DNA of 56,317 nt, filler included, from Candidatus Desantisbacteria bacterium CG1_02_49_89 (GTDB lineage Bacteria; Desantisbacteria; UBA1551), in assembly GCA_001871075.1 (NCBI GenBank). It is 4 parts of 4 records of this genome, joined end to end, with 100 filler letters (N's around TTAATTAATTAA, not from the genome) between each part and the next. Parts side by side here need not be neighbours in the genome. Positions count along the whole stretch, not along the records: positions 46,911 to 56,317 come from MNUP01000031.1; 3 more parts are not named here. One strand, written 5' to 3'. The notes under the pieces were generated by a model. That model saw only the letters and a program-made list of their open reading frames with translations, ran no database searches and had not been told where the DNA came from. Numbering within the stretch: the first letter of the stretch is position 1; every line of letters starts with the position of its first letter. The position numbers and the translations under genes are program-made. Below, piece by piece: positions 55,813-56,317 of the stretch.

Positions 55813-56317
55813 ATGGATTACAAGAAGCACAATGAGGAGAACGCGAAACTCTGGGAGGATTACGGGAACAGGGCCAACGCGAGGGTCCCTGTTACTATTG
55901 CTTTTGACGAGCAGTTCCATTTGCACAGGCTGGGCCGCACGTTCAGGCAGTATTACGGGGACGTGAGAACTCAGGTCGAAATCCAGCTGGACGGTCAGAA
56001 ATGGGTGAGGGAGAATGTCCTGCAGGACGCGGAAATGGGGATCCCGGAAAGCTGGAACATATCCCCGCCGTGCTGGATGGGAGAGAACGAATTCTTCGGA
56101 GCGGATATAGTTGTCCAGGAAAACGATTATTCATGGGGCATGCCGCTGGAATTATCAAAGGCAGAGCTCCTGAAAAAGCTACAGGGCATAGATGTGAAAG
56201 AACGCGTTCAGGCATGGACGCCTTTCCGCCATTATACCGAGATGACGGAACTGGTTAAGGATATGGAGTTCTGCGGGAGGCCGGTAAAAACAATTGCTCC
56301 GCTGCTGGGAACCCACG
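55813..56317 (+). CDS. Partial CDS, probably uroporphyrinogen-decarboxylase/methyltransferase-like family (runs off window)
   Basis: Hand translation MDYKKHNEENAKLWEDY...RVPV...QDAEMGIPE.W...E.EFFGA; open to window end; family call tentative. Confidence 0.6.
   Translation, partial: MDYKKHNEENAKLWEDYGNRANARVPVTIAFDEQFHLHRLGRTFRQYYGDVRTQVEIQLDGQKWVRENVLQDAEMGIPESWNISPPCWMGENEFFGADIVVQENDYSWGMPLELSKAELLKKLQGIDVKERVQAWTPFRHYTEMTELVKDMEFCGRPVKTIAPLLGTH

Overview
Four unrelated contig pieces joined by three artificial 100-nt N/TTAATTAATTAA spacers (14913-15012, 30913-31012, 46811-46910). Gene content suggests an anaerobic diderm bacterium, probably a poorly characterised lineage (lpxC-fabZ fusion, PorV-like barrel, A/V-type ATPase, nadX, Hrb/FprA). 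Most genes are housekeeping: tsaD, galT, glgA, rpoN, lgt, iscS/iscU, ileS, punA, rsmE, fabG/fabD/plsX/rpmF, yajC, rnpB, rnhA, tRNA-Val, leuA, ilvC. Unusual structure: (1) nearly every intergenic gap carries short-period (6-10 nt) tandem arrays, often as inverted pairs. Period-7 arrays also sit in-frame inside genes, and the same 8-residue loop in three copies of one Ig-like module is replaced, length-neutrally, by three different heptamer arrays. (2) A family of TCCGCC...GGCGGG palindromic mini-insertions without target duplication occurs nested in REP-like hairpins and inside RNase P RNA. (3) An AT-rich, integrase-free, repeat-delimited array of three TA modules plus an orphan gene (22.0-26.4 kb) splits a UPF0175 gene. 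(4) The IscS lacks the PLP-binding lysine. (5) Two paralogous giant Ig/LamG surface proteins share a C-terminal domain. All calls come from reading the sequence; no database searches were run.
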